Shown here: positions 29,336 through 38,039 of the stretch, one piece after another
Position numbering within the stretch: position 1 is the stretch's first letter
Layout: every line of letters begins with the position of its first letter
NCBI GenBank assembly: GCA_037134575.1
Contig: JBAXLW010000002.1
Coordinates: forward strand, 5,181 to 69,180
From: Verrucomicrobiota bacterium
GTDB taxonomy: Bacteria; Verrucomicrobiota; Verrucomicrobiia; Verrucomicrobiales; Akkermansiaceae
DNA length: 64,000 nt
Direction of reading: 5' to 3'
Made by a program: the position numbers and the translations under genes
Notes under the pieces: generated by a model
Database searches by the model: none
The model's input: only the letters and a program-made list of their open reading frames with translations
What the model was told of the DNA's origin: nothing

Positions 29336-30838
29336 ATGGGCCTTCGTGCCTACCAAATGAAAGCCCGGATGGACATCCACAAAGGCTTTGAAGATTTCGA
29401 CCGCCAGCTCGGCGTGCTGCCAACGGGTGCGGGTAAGACCATCTTGTTCAGCCGACTGGCGCAAGATTACCAACCTCGGCGCACGTTGATTCTCGCACAC
29501 CGCGAGGAACTCATCACCCAGGCAGTGGACAAGCTCCGTGTCTCGACCGGCATCGAGGCGCAGGTCGAGATGGGCAGTGAGCGAGCGTCACTCGACGCAC
29601 CGGTCGTCGTCGCCTCCATCCAAACGCTTATGCGCGAAAAACGCCGTGAGCGGTGGCCGCGGGATCACTTCGGCCTCGTGGTCGTCGATGAAGCGCATCA
29701 TGCGCTAGCGGACAGCTACCTCAGCACGCTCGGATATTTCCACGATCATGCGAAAGTGTTAGGGGTGAGTGCTACGCCAGACCGTGGTGACAAAAAGAAT
29801 CTCGGAAAATACTTCGAGAACATCGCCTGCGAGGTATCTTTGCTGGATCTCATCAACCAAGGATGGCTCGCACCGATCAAGGTTAAGACCGTTCCGCTGG
29901 GGATAAACTTGCGCGGCGTTCGGACGAGCCATGGCGACTTCAGCGCCGATGATCTCGGTCACGCGCTGGAACCATACCTCGAACAAATCGCCGACGTGTT
30001 AGTCGAACACCGGCACCGCAAGACGCTCGTCTTCCTGCCGCTCATCGCCGTGTCGAAACGCTTCGCAGAAATCTGCCGCGAGCGTGGCTTGTTAGCCGAG
30101 CACGTCGACGGGCAGACGAAAGAGCGAAAGGCAACGCTGGAGCGATTCAAGCGGGACGAGACGCGCATCCTCTGCAATGCGATGCTGCTCACCGAAGGAT
30201 ATGACGAGCCATCGATTGATTGCATCGTCTGCCTGCGCCCAACCAAGGTGCGTGCGCTGTATTCGCAGATCATCGGTCGTGGCACGCGGATGCATGGCGG
30301 CAAGGACCACTTGCTTGTGCTCGATTTCCTCTGGCAGTCGGAGGAACACAGCCTGATGCGGCCGGCCAACTTGATCGCCGAAGATGATGTGGACGCGAAG
30401 GCACTCACGGAAAAGATCGGGGCCGAGGGCGACCTCGAAGAGGCACGCGAGGAAGTGAATGCGGATCGCACTCGATCACTCACCGACCGGCTACGGGCTA
30501 ACCAAATGCGGAGCGGCAGTGTGCTTGATCCCATTGAGCTTGCCATCTCGCTCAAAGAAGCCGCGCTCGCCGACTATGTTCCGACCATGGCATGGCAGGC
30601 CGCCGAGCCCACGTACAAGCAGCTCGATGTGCTGCAGAAGTTCGGACTGGATATCATCAACATAAAGACCAAAGGGCACGCGTCGTTGATTCTCAACCGT
30701 CTCATCACTCGTCGCAAGCTCGGTCTAGCGACGCCAAAACAAGTCCGCGTGATGCGCCTCCACGGCCATCAACGTCCGGAGATCGCCACCTTTGAGGACG
30801 CCAAGGCATTCCTCGACACCAAGTTCTCTAAACGCTGA
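29336..30838 (+). CDS. Superfamily 2 DEAD/DEAH helicase
   Basis: LRAYQ, LPTGAGKT, VVVDEAHH, SATP, LTEGYD, QIIGRGTR; start at MGLRAYQ. Confidence 0.92.
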   Translation: MGLRAYQMKARMDIHKGFEDFDRQLGVLPTGAGKTILFSRLAQDYQPRRTLILAHREELITQAVDKLRVSTGIEAQVEMGSERASLDAPVVVASIQTLMREKRRERWPRDHFGLVVVDEAHHALADSYLSTLGYFHDHAKVLGVSATPDRGDKKNLGKYFENIACEVSLLDLINQGWLAPIKVKTVPLGINLRGVRTSHGDFSADDLGHALEPYLEQIADVLVEHRHRKTLVFLPLIAVSKRFAEICRERGLLAEHVDGQTKERKATLERFKRDETRILCNAMLLTEGYDEPSIDCIVCLRPTKVRALYSQIIGRGTRMHGGKDHLLVLDFLWQSEEHSLMRPANLIAEDDVDAKALTEKIGAEGDLEEAREEVNADRTRSLTDRLRANQMRSGSVLDPIELAISLKEAALADYVPTMAWQAAEPTYKQLDVLQKFGLDIINIKTKGHASLILNRLITRRKLGLATPKQVRVMRLHGHQRPEIATFEDAKAFLDTKFSKR

Positions 30839-30843
30839 CCCTT

Positions 30844-32874
30844 ATGGCAAGATACCGATCATCTGGGCTAACCATGACCTTGCCGCGTCGCACGCTGGAA
30901 TACCTTCAGCGCGGCGCTAGCGAGGGGATGCGCAATGCCGAACTCTTTGATGCATCCTGTCAGTTCCGCGATGCCGGCCACCCGCTGGAGGAAACGGAAA
31001 GTCAGTTGTTAGCCCGCGCACTGGCCGACGGACTAACTGAATCCGAAGCGCGGACGACCATCCGGTCTGTCTATGCCCGCAACTCACGGGAGCCACTCGG
31101 AACTGGCATGGCCCCGACTCCGAAAATGTCATCGCCCGCGATGCCACGACGGCCGTCACCGGTTCCAGTCCACCACAAGCGATCCACGATGGCGCTGCCT
31201 AACACGATTGACGACGGCTTCGTCCGTCTGCTCGACGCGTGTTTTCAGCCCGATGAATTCGTCTCCATTGCACCTGCTGCGGAGTCCGATGAAGGTGGCA
31301 TCGTGCCGCGCCGTGGGGTGACGCTCACGGCCTCCGAATGGAAATCCAAGGTCGCGGCCAAGGGCGGCATTGATCGCGTCTTCAGCACGAAGCTCGGGCT
31401 ATTCCTGCGGATCAACCCGATGACCAAGGGCGGCGCAAAGAACGACGACGTGACTGCCTTCCGCCATGTGCTCGTCGAGTTCGACCGCGACGAGGCCGGC
31501 AAGGAGATCCCGAAAGAAGAACAATACCACGCGGTTGTCGCCAGCGGCATGCCGGTCGCAGCCTTGATCGATTCGGGCAACAAAAGCCTGCACGCGTGGA
31601 TCCGGGTCGATGCGCCGGACGAGGCAGAATACAAGCGGCGCGTCGAAGTTATCTGGGGCTGGTTTTCCGGCATCAACCTGGACAAGCAGAACAGGAATGC
31701 TTCGCGCCTGTCTCGCTGTCCTGACGGCTGGCGCACGGTGGACGACAATGTCCGTCGCCAGTGCTTATTGGCCGTCGAATTCGGCGCGGAATCGTGGACG
31801 GCATGGGAGGCGGCGCACTCAAATTCCGACCTGCCGCCAATCTTACCCGGTGACGGATTCATGGGCCAGCCGGAGCCTGAACCGCCGCAGCTCGTCGATG
31901 GAGTGCTCCACCAGGGTGCCAAGATGGTGTTAGGTGGCCCTTCGAAGGCGCGCAAAAGCTGGTCGTTGATCGACCTGATGCTCTCAGTGTCCACAGGCAC
32001 GCCGTGGTGGGGGTTTCCGACGCGTCGTGGTCGTGCCCTCTATCTGAACTTCGAACTTCCTCCATTCGCGCTGCAATACCGCATTAACCGGATTGCGGCG
32101 GCCAAGGATATCTCCGACTTCACTGGCTTCGACATCTGGAACTTGCGCGGCCATGCCACCGACTTCTCAGCGCTCATCCCGAAGATCCTCGGCCGGATCC
32201 GCGACACCGGGTATTCGCTCATCTTGATCGACCCGATCTACAAAGGGCTTGGTTCACGCAATGAAAACGACGCCGGCGACATCGCAAGCCTGCTCAATGA
32301 AGTCGAGCAACTGGCATTGAAATCTGGTGCGGCCGCCGTCTTTGGTGCTCACTTCTCGAAGGGCAATCAAGCGGGCAAGGAATCGATCGATCGTATCGGC
32401 GGCTCGGGTGTCTTCGCTCGTGACCCCGACGTGATTCTAACGATGACGCCACACGAGGAAGACGACGCCCATGTCATCGACCTCACACTGCGTGCCCTAG
32501 CGCCCGTGAAGCCGTTTGTCGTCCGTTGGTGTGAGTCGATCTTCATCGCCGACCGCAACGCCGATCCTGCCGCCCTAAAGGCTCTGCAGGGCAATTTAAA
32601 GAGCGAGAAGGCAAAGACAACCTACAAGATGGGCAGCACGGCTGACCGCTTCGGCAAAGCAGTCGAAACCATGCCACCGATGCCCAATGGTCGCGTCCCT
32701 CAAGAGTCCGGCGTTCTGGCTTACATCTCCGACCGGATCGCCGAGATTGATGGCGACTGCACGCTCAAGGAAGCCCAGCGCGTCTTCTACTGCCTTGCTA
32801 ACATGAAGAGCGGTTCACCGCTTGTTTTCGACAAAGCAACTCGCCTGTGGAGGGGGCGTCGTCATGGAATTTGA
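30844..32874 (+). CDS. Primase-helicase (PriCT-like + AEP/RepB-like primase + AAA_25)
   Basis: RNAELF helical domain, VLVEFD...DSGNKSLHAW primase motifs, GGPSKARKS Walker A, ILIDP, HFSKG. Confidence 0.85.
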   Translation: MARYRSSGLTMTLPRRTLEYLQRGASEGMRNAELFDASCQFRDAGHPLEETESQLLARALADGLTESEARTTIRSVYARNSREPLGTGMAPTPKMSSPAMPRRPSPVPVHHKRSTMALPNTIDDGFVRLLDACFQPDEFVSIAPAAESDEGGIVPRRGVTLTASEWKSKVAAKGGIDRVFSTKLGLFLRINPMTKGGAKNDDVTAFRHVLVEFDRDEAGKEIPKEEQYHAVVASGMPVAALIDSGNKSLHAWIRVDAPDEAEYKRRVEVIWGWFSGINLDKQNRNASRLSRCPDGWRTVDDNVRRQCLLAVEFGAESWTAWEAAHSNSDLPPILPGDGFMGQPEPEPPQLVDGVLHQGAKMVLGGPSKARKSWSLIDLMLSVSTGTPWWGFPTRRGRALYLNFELPPFALQYRINRIAAAKDISDFTGFDIWNLRGHATDFSALIPKILGRIRDTGYSLILIDPIYKGLGSRNENDAGDIASLLNEVEQLALKSGAAAVFGAHFSKGNQAGKESIDRIGGSGVFARDPDVILTMTPHEEDDAHVIDLTLRALAPVKPFVVRWCESIFIADRNADPAALKALQGNLKSEKAKTTYKMGSTADRFGKAVETMPPMPNGRVPQESGVLAYISDRIAEIDGDCTLKEAQRVFYCLANMKSGSPLVFDKATRLWRGRRHGI

Positions 32875-32992
32875 ACCCGTCAATTTAGGTGGGTTTGAAC
32901 CTCGGGTTCGAATTGGTTTGAACCCGTTTGAACCTGCCATCTCAACAGGGTTTGAACCTCGGGTGCAAATTGGTTTGAACCCATTTAAACCC
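32870..32992 (+). repeat. Iteron-like tandem repeat (putative replication origin)
   Basis: TTTGAACC at 32870, 32894, 32917, 32927, 32951 and 32974, plus TTTAAACC at 32984. A 44-bp unit repeats with a 57-bp period (32891-32934, 32948-32991). Confidence 0.75.
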
Positions 32993-33162
32993 GCGTTTTC
33001 TAACAGTCCGCTGCGATGTATAGTAAGTCACCTTACTGTCGATCTGACAGTTATACTATGTATAACAGCGCGAACTGGTGAACCAGGATTCGCGTGCGCT
33101 GTTACGCTTAGGAAAGCGACAGCCATCATTCTGCATAAGTTGACGCCGAGAGGAGGTGGCAA

Positions 33163-33447
33163 ATGAAATTCAGAAAAAGACCTCTGAAAAAAATACAAAA
33201 GCCAAGGGTCTCAAAATACATCCACCTTTGGCCTGAGTTGGAATTCATGCCGAACCTCGACCACTGGCCAAATCGTCCCGACATCTATCAGCCGGAATGC
33301 AGCGAGGTCCTACGATTCCTGATTGAGAGCTTTGAGACAACCCTGGAAGATGCTGACAGGATTTTCCACGCAGCTGCAACCAAGGGCGTGATCAAGTTTA
33401 ATCCGGTTACTCGACTCTGGTGCGGACGCAAAGGAGGTCGACCATGA
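33163..33447 (+). CDS. Hypothetical protein (94 aa)
   Basis: ORF preceded by AGGAGG and coupled to the next gene by ATGA. Confidence 0.65.
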   Translation: MKFRKRPLKKIQKPRVSKYIHLWPELEFMPNLDHWPNRPDIYQPECSEVLRFLIESFETTLEDADRIFHAAATKGVIKFNPVTRLWCGRKGGRP

Positions 33448-34001
33448 ACTCCGACGACTACGCAAAAAAGCAGACGAAGCGAGACGCTCACTACGAACGC
33501 GAATACGAGGCATGGGTGAAGTCGATGACTCTAGCAGAACGACGTGAGGCTGAGAAGCTTGGCTTGCTGAAGCCATGCATCCAGCGCCACGGCAATGGGG
33601 CTGCGGATCACGACATGGCCGAGTCATCGCGAGCCAGCCACACGCCTGACATCGCGGCCTTGGTCGATCACGAGGATGAGGCGCAGGAGGAAGTCATTGC
33701 GGCCGGCATGGCCGAGGCGAATCGAATCCTGAGGCACCTTGTTGCCGACCTCATCGACGCGGAAAACATGCGACTCACCATCGAATGCTTGGCGGCATCT
33801 CTGGGGCTCAGCGCCTACAACGGCGACAGCATGACCTCCATCGCCAAACGCTGCGGCGTCACCCGTGCGGCGGTCAGCAAGCGCTGCGTTGACATCACCA
33901 AACGGTTGAAGGTTCTGCCTTCAAGGGCAATGCGCAGCGAAAATGCCCGCAAGATCTACCAGAAAGCTCAAATCAAACAGCACCTCAAAAACAATCCATG
34001 A
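33444..34001 (+). CDS. Hypothetical protein with C-terminal HTH
   Basis: SMTSIAKRCGVTRAAVSKR helix-turn-helix pattern; start at MNSDDY. Confidence 0.7.
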   Translation: MNSDDYAKKQTKRDAHYEREYEAWVKSMTLAERREAEKLGLLKPCIQRHGNGAADHDMAESSRASHTPDIAALVDHEDEAQEEVIAAGMAEANRILRHLVADLIDAENMRLTIECLAASLGLSAYNGDSMTSIAKRCGVTRAAVSKRCVDITKRLKVLPSRAMRSENARKIYQKAQIKQHLKNNP

Positions 34002-34603
34002 ACACCCTTGCCATCAGCGACCCGAAGTTTGCTATCACTCCCACCGGCATCGAATTTAGCGAAGAACTCAGCTTCGACGAATGGGACGCACTCGGTCAGA
34101 AGCTCGCACCTGTCGGGAAATCCATCGGCTTCATCATCGGTGATTGGATCAACTACGGCGAAAACCATTGGGGTGAGAGATACAAAGACGCCTTAGAGAG
34201 AACCGGACTCGCCTACCAGACGCTGGCTCAATACTCGTATGTCGCTCGGAAGGTTCAATTTTCTTGCCGGCAAGAAAAACTCGGATTCGAACACCACCTC
34301 GTAGTCGCAAAAATCAAGGATTCTGAGGAGCAGCGTTACTGGCTCGATATGGCTGTGAAACACAAGCTCGGCAAGCGCAGGCTCCGCAAGTCGATTAACT
34401 TCGGACGCCTTGCTACCGAGCAGGAGGTTGCGGGCGATCCACACGACAAACGTCACACGACCTACCTATCGCTTCTGAACAAGATCCGCCGTTGGTGGCA
34501 GGAGCAGACTGAGACAGCCCCAGTCGATGACTGGGACGATGAACGTCGGCAAGCGCTCAAGGACGACTTCGAATTCGTGAAGGACATCTACGAGGCGCTC
34601 TAA
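33998..34603 (+). CDS. Hypothetical phage protein (LmbU/DUF3102-like N-terminus)
   Basis: FIIGDWINYGE...YQTLAQYSYVARKV...LGFEHHLVVA pattern. Confidence 0.65.
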   Translation: MNTLAISDPKFAITPTGIEFSEELSFDEWDALGQKLAPVGKSIGFIIGDWINYGENHWGERYKDALERTGLAYQTLAQYSYVARKVQFSCRQEKLGFEHHLVVAKIKDSEEQRYWLDMAVKHKLGKRRLRKSINFGRLATEQEVAGDPHDKRHTTYLSLLNKIRRWWQEQTETAPVDDWDDERRQALKDDFEFVKDIYEAL

Positions 34604-34608
34604 CCAAT

Positions 34609-34680
34609 CGCAGGGAGGGACGGTCCCAGGCGAGCCTCATACACTCGCCTCTGTGGGTTCAATTCCCGCCCCTGCAACCA
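34609..34680 (+). tRNA. tRNA-Met(CAT)-like element with shortened D-arm (possibly pseudo-tRNA)
   Basis: Acceptor CGCAGGG/CCCTGCA with a C1:A72 mismatch, discriminator A and encoded CCA. T-arm GTGGG-TTCAATT-CCCGC. Anticodon loop CT-CAT-AC. D region only 15 nt; 72 nt total. Confidence 0.6.
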
Positions 34681-34694
34681 CTCATCCAATCATC

Positions 34695-34910
34695 ATGACC
34701 ACTCCAGTTCAACGAATCTCCCGACTCCTCAACGAAGGCGCGAGGTTCATGGTTCAAATCCCCGGACAAGTCTCCATCGACCTAACACCCGATGTGATCG
34801 CCGCGATGGCGGGGGTTCAAATGGGTTCAAATACCCATGAGGAATCAAGGAATCTATTAACGATCAACGACTTACGCAGGGATTCTAGCACCGGTGTCCA
34901 TTTCCCGTGA
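34695..34910 (+). CDS. Small hypothetical protein
   Basis: 71-aa ORF with an A/C-rich leader; overlaps GGTTCAAA repeats. Confidence 0.4.
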   Translation: MTTPVQRISRLLNEGARFMVQIPGQVSIDLTPDVIAAMAGVQMGSNTHEESRNLLTINDLRRDSSTGVHFP

Positions 34911-34973
34911 AATGTGCCATCGCGACTTCCCACATAACGGGGCGTCGGGACGTTGACTCCAAGTGCTAGAGAA

Positions 34974-35321
34974 ATGGCTGCATCCATGTTAGAATCAAGG
35001 TTTCTGCTACTCTGGAGGGTGGCGCAAGGTCCGCCTCTGGAGCGGGAAGTGAGGTTCCATGCTTCCCGTCGGTGGCGCGCCGACTTCGCACACATCGAAA
35101 GCCGGACGTTGATCGAGATCGAAGGTGGAATCTTCATCCCAGGCGGTGGCCGACACAACCGGGGCGGGGGATACGCGAAGGACGCCGAGAAGTATCTCGA
35201 AGCCGTGCTCGCAGGCTGGACGGTGATCCGACTAACAGCTCACCAGCTAGAAGTGGATTTCATCGAGCGGATTGTGGATTTTTTGTCGTCGTGTGGCGTC
35301 CGCGACCATGCCAAAAAATAG
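34974..35321 (+). CDS. Vsr/DUF559-like PD-(D/E)XK endonuclease
   Basis: EREVRFH..RRWRADF, LIEIEGG, KDAEKY...GWTVIRLT. Confidence 0.8.
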   Translation: MAASMLESRFLLLWRVAQGPPLEREVRFHASRRWRADFAHIESRTLIEIEGGIFIPGGGRHNRGGGYAKDAEKYLEAVLAGWTVIRLTAHQLEVDFIERIVDFLSSCGVRDHAKK

Positions 35322-35360
35322 GTCTCGTCGTGAAGTATTCTGCCAGCTATCAGATTCCAT

Positions 35361-36098
35361 ATGCTTCGCTGCTTCATAATTCTTCTGATGATGGGGTGCC
35401 AACCTCTGGCTGCTCGCGCTTGGCTATATAAATTCACAGGACATTTTGGCGGGAAAAACGCCTTCGACATGACCCTTCAATTCGAAAACACCAAGGTGGA
35501 CGGTGTGTATTTTTATCACAAACACATGAGGGACATCCGGCTATCGGGTGAAATCAAGAATCAAGGATCCACTCTCGAACTCCATGAGCACGGCGAGGAC
35601 GGCAAAGTGGTGGCCGAATTCAAATTTCGCATCCATTCCCCGATCGGGAAAGACCAGGATGCCGATGGGCCGAGCTTCAAAACCGAACCTATCGAAGGCA
35701 GTTGGAGCAAAATAGACGGTTCCAGCAGCCTCAAGGTGACTCTCGATCATACCGGGAGCTGCGCCGGAGAATTGGGCAACCTCTATGGGCAAGGAGCAGA
35801 TGAAAAGACGCACAAACGCATGAAATTGTTCTGGGATTCCCTGAAAAATGGGGACAAGGAAGCAGTTGCTTCATGCATTTCGTTCCCCATTCGGGTTTCG
35901 ATAAAGGGGAAAATGCAGACGCTGCAGAACAAGCGGCAGCTTCTGGCCACCTATCCGGATGTTTTCCTCCGGGATTTTGTGACAGAAGTCTCCGGTTACC
36001 CGCCCAGAAATCTCTGGAATAATTATCGAGGGTTGATGCTCGGCAATGGGCTCATATGGTTCAATAGTGATGGTACAGTAGTCTGCATCAATAACTGA
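35361..36098 (+). CDS. Exported hypothetical protein (moron)
   Basis: N-terminal signal-like peptide MLRCFIILLMMGCQPLAARA; AT-richer than the flanks; convergent with the next operon. Confidence 0.75.
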   Translation: MLRCFIILLMMGCQPLAARAWLYKFTGHFGGKNAFDMTLQFENTKVDGVYFYHKHMRDIRLSGEIKNQGSTLELHEHGEDGKVVAEFKFRIHSPIGKDQDADGPSFKTEPIEGSWSKIDGSSSLKVTLDHTGSCAGELGNLYGQGADEKTHKRMKLFWDSLKNGDKEAVASCISFPIRVSIKGKMQTLQNKRQLLATYPDVFLRDFVTEVSGYPPRNLWNNYRGLMLGNGLIWFNSDGTVVCINN

Positions 36099-36106
36099 AC
36101 TGATCA

Positions 36107-36385
36107 TCAATACTCTTCCGGGAACATCACACACGTCGAACTGCGATCCGCCTCGGTGATGATGTAAATGCGTCTGCCACCACCGACTTGGTAGCAGCTC
36201 AGGATGCGGTCGCTGTTGGTTAGAGCCTCCTCGTTCGCCTGCTTGTCCTCGTCACCAAGGTCTCCCCAGTCGCCGCAGTGGTGGCGGTGCATGTAGGATG
36301 CGAGGTCGATGCTGAGTGCCATCACGGTGGGAGTCGCCACGGTTCTTCCTAGTGGGAAGCGTGGTTGCATGATTCGGTACGCCAT
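36107..36385 (-). CDS. Conserved plasmid/phage-related small protein
   Basis: FPLGRTVATP...RHHCGDWGDL..EDKQANE...IYIITEADRSSTCVMFPEEY pattern. Confidence 0.8.
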   Translation of the reverse strand: MAYRIMQPRFPLGRTVATPTVMALSIDLASYMHRHHCGDWGDLGDEDKQANEEALTNSDRILSCYQVGGGRRIYIITEADRSSTCVMFPEEY

Positions 36386-36391
36386 GGCCGT

Positions 36392-36670
36392 TCAGTCGTT
36401 AGAGGTTCCCCATTCCGGATGGCGCTTGCCAGTGGCGATGAGTCCAGAGGCAAGCATGTCTTCGACCAGCACCTTGGGCGGCCAAGCTCGGTGTGGTTTT
36501 CCGGTCTGCATCTTGGACGCACGTGCAGTGGCACGGCAGTAGGATGGCAGGTCGGCTTCCGGGTTGAAGCTGTCCCGACGAAGCTTGGTCATCAGGTCGG
36601 TCGGGTCGGCGGCGGAGAACGTCGCTCCGTCGATGGTGTGGTATTCGGTGTTCATGGTTTCGTTTGGCAT
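36392..36670 (-). CDS. Hypothetical protein
   Basis: ORF between amidoligase and the next gene; start set at MPNETM. Confidence 0.6.
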   Translation of the reverse strand: MPNETMNTEYHTIDGATFSAADPTDLMTKLRRDSFNPEADLPSYCRATARASKMQTGKPHRAWPPKVLVEDMLASGLIATGKRHPEWGTSND

Positions 36671-36678
36671 AGTGGAAA

Positions 36679-37485
36679 TCAGGCGGCGAGTTTTTTGGCG
36701 CGGGCGGCGTAGAATTTCGTGAGTCCCTTGGCCTCGATTGCTTGGAAGAACCACTTCATACGGGGCATTCCGACTCCGTTGTCCTCGGGGCGGTTGCGAA
36801 CGGTGGCGGCGGATTCGGCGGCGTCAAACAGGCGGGCCATCAACCGCACCCAGTTGGTGATCTTGTCGGGATCGGTGGTCCCTGAATGGTGGCGGACTTC
36901 GAGCGTTTGATGGCGGAAGTATGAATGGATGTTGAGCTTCCGGTAGCGGCAGGGGTATAGCTGCTTCATCTGATCCATGTTTCGGCAGGCGTCGATCTTA
37001 CGGAACATCTGGGAGCATTGGTTTCGATGATTCCCGGCGTCGGTGATGATGTCATCAAGGTTGGTGCGGCAGTAGGTGTTGTTATTGCCCCGGCGTGACT
37101 GCGGTTGAAACGTATCGAGCACGTCCTCGAATTTGAGCCAGAGTTTGAAGAGGTTCTTGACCGCTTTGAGATTCATCGAGCGGGCATCGAAATGGACGTG
37201 AAGTCCGCAGCGCTTATCCACCGTGGCTCCGGCGGCTTCCAGTGCGGCGGCGGCGATTCTAACTTCCTCGATACCGGCCTCGCCTTCGAGAACCGGCGAG
37301 ACGAGTTCTAAACCGCAGGAGCCATCCACCACGATCTTCCAATAGGGGGTGGTGTCGTGGGTGTAGTAGGAAGATTCAACTCGGATGCCGGCGGCTCTCA
37401 GACTCGCGGCGGCTTGCTCTTTGGTGATGGTGGAGAGGAATTCAATCTCAACTCCGAAGCGGCGGGACATAGTTTGCGTTGTCAT
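36679..37485 (-). CDS. Amidoligase_2 family (COOH-NH2 ligase type 2) protein
   Basis: FGVEIEF, WKIVVDGS, LELVSPVL, CGLHVH, RYRKLN, TLEVRHHSGT; start set at MTTQT (37485). Confidence 0.85.
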   Translation of the reverse strand: MTTQTMSRRFGVEIEFLSTITKEQAAASLRAAGIRVESSYYTHDTTPYWKIVVDGSCGLELVSPVLEGEAGIEEVRIAAAALEAAGATVDKRCGLHVHFDARSMNLKAVKNLFKLWLKFEDVLDTFQPQSRRGNNNTYCRTNLDDIITDAGNHRNQCSQMFRKIDACRNMDQMKQLYPCRYRKLNIHSYFRHQTLEVRHHSGTTDPDKITNWVRLMARLFDAAESAATVRNRPEDNGVGMPRMKWFFQAIEAKGLTKFYAARAKKLAA

Positions 37486-37492
37486 GGTTAAT

Positions 37493-37521
37493 ATCTGCCA
37501 GAGTGCCACCTCACGTCCATG
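37493..37521 (-). promoter_or_regulatory. Copy of CATGGAC-N9-CAnnCnGGCAGAT motif upstream of amidoligase
   Basis: Reverse complement reads CATGGACGTGAGGTGGCACTCTGGCAGAT, ending 7 nt before the ATG. Confidence 0.55.
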
Positions 37522-37637
37522 GCTAAGTGGAGTTAGATGAAAAAAGACAGAAGTTGAATCGCTCCGAATGCCCTGGAATTGGCACGCATCGTGAGGGTCA
37601 AGAGGCATGCCAATCGCGAGTCTAACATGCCGCAAAA

Positions 37638-37691
37638 AGAAAGACGAAAAATGACATGGACTCAAGTTGTCAGACTGGCAGATGAGGGATG
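37638..37691 (+). repeat. 54-bp dispersed repeat, copy A (promoter/operator-like)
   Basis: 44/54 identical to 38754-38807, with mismatches concentrated in an 8-nt spacer. Confidence 0.75.
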
Positions 37692-37729
37692 ATGAAAGCG
37701 ACATAGCGCTGATTCTAACACACAACACC

Positions 37730-38020
37730 ATGGACATTGAATATATCAAACAGCATCGCCTCCTGACCCTTGAATACGGACGCGGTGAAACCTATCGATC
37801 TAACATGCCAACGCTCTACGGTCACTCGACCTACGAACGCAGCTCGGTTCTCGCCGGTCGTCCGCGTCGGGTCTTCCTCGAATGCTGGGACGACCTCGAC
37901 ACCGCCCGAGGCGAACTCAAGGCCGCGAAGATCCGCTACGTCGACCTCTGCGACACTCGCGGCTCCACCCACGTCCCGGTGGATGTCATCACCGCAGGCC
38001 TGCCCGACGAGGACACCTAA
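37730..38020 (+). CDS. Hypothetical protein
   Basis: Start MDIEY after an A/C-rich leader. Confidence 0.7.
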   Translation: MDIEYIKQHRLLTLEYGRGETYRSNMPTLYGHSTYERSSVLAGRPRRVFLECWDDLDTARGELKAAKIRYVDLCDTRGSTHVPVDVITAGLPDEDT

Positions 38021-38039
38021 CCCCAACCCCTGAGATCCC

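Noticed and set aside
32870-32992. Possible CRISPR array
   Set aside because: The repeats are 8-bp boxes within a near-identical 57-bp period; there are no unique spacers and no cas operon.
32822-33166. 114-aa ORF with an internal 19-aa repeat
   Set aside because: Most simply a by-product of the 57-bp DNA repeat period; the second half crosses palindromic AT-rich DNA. Not listed as a CDS.
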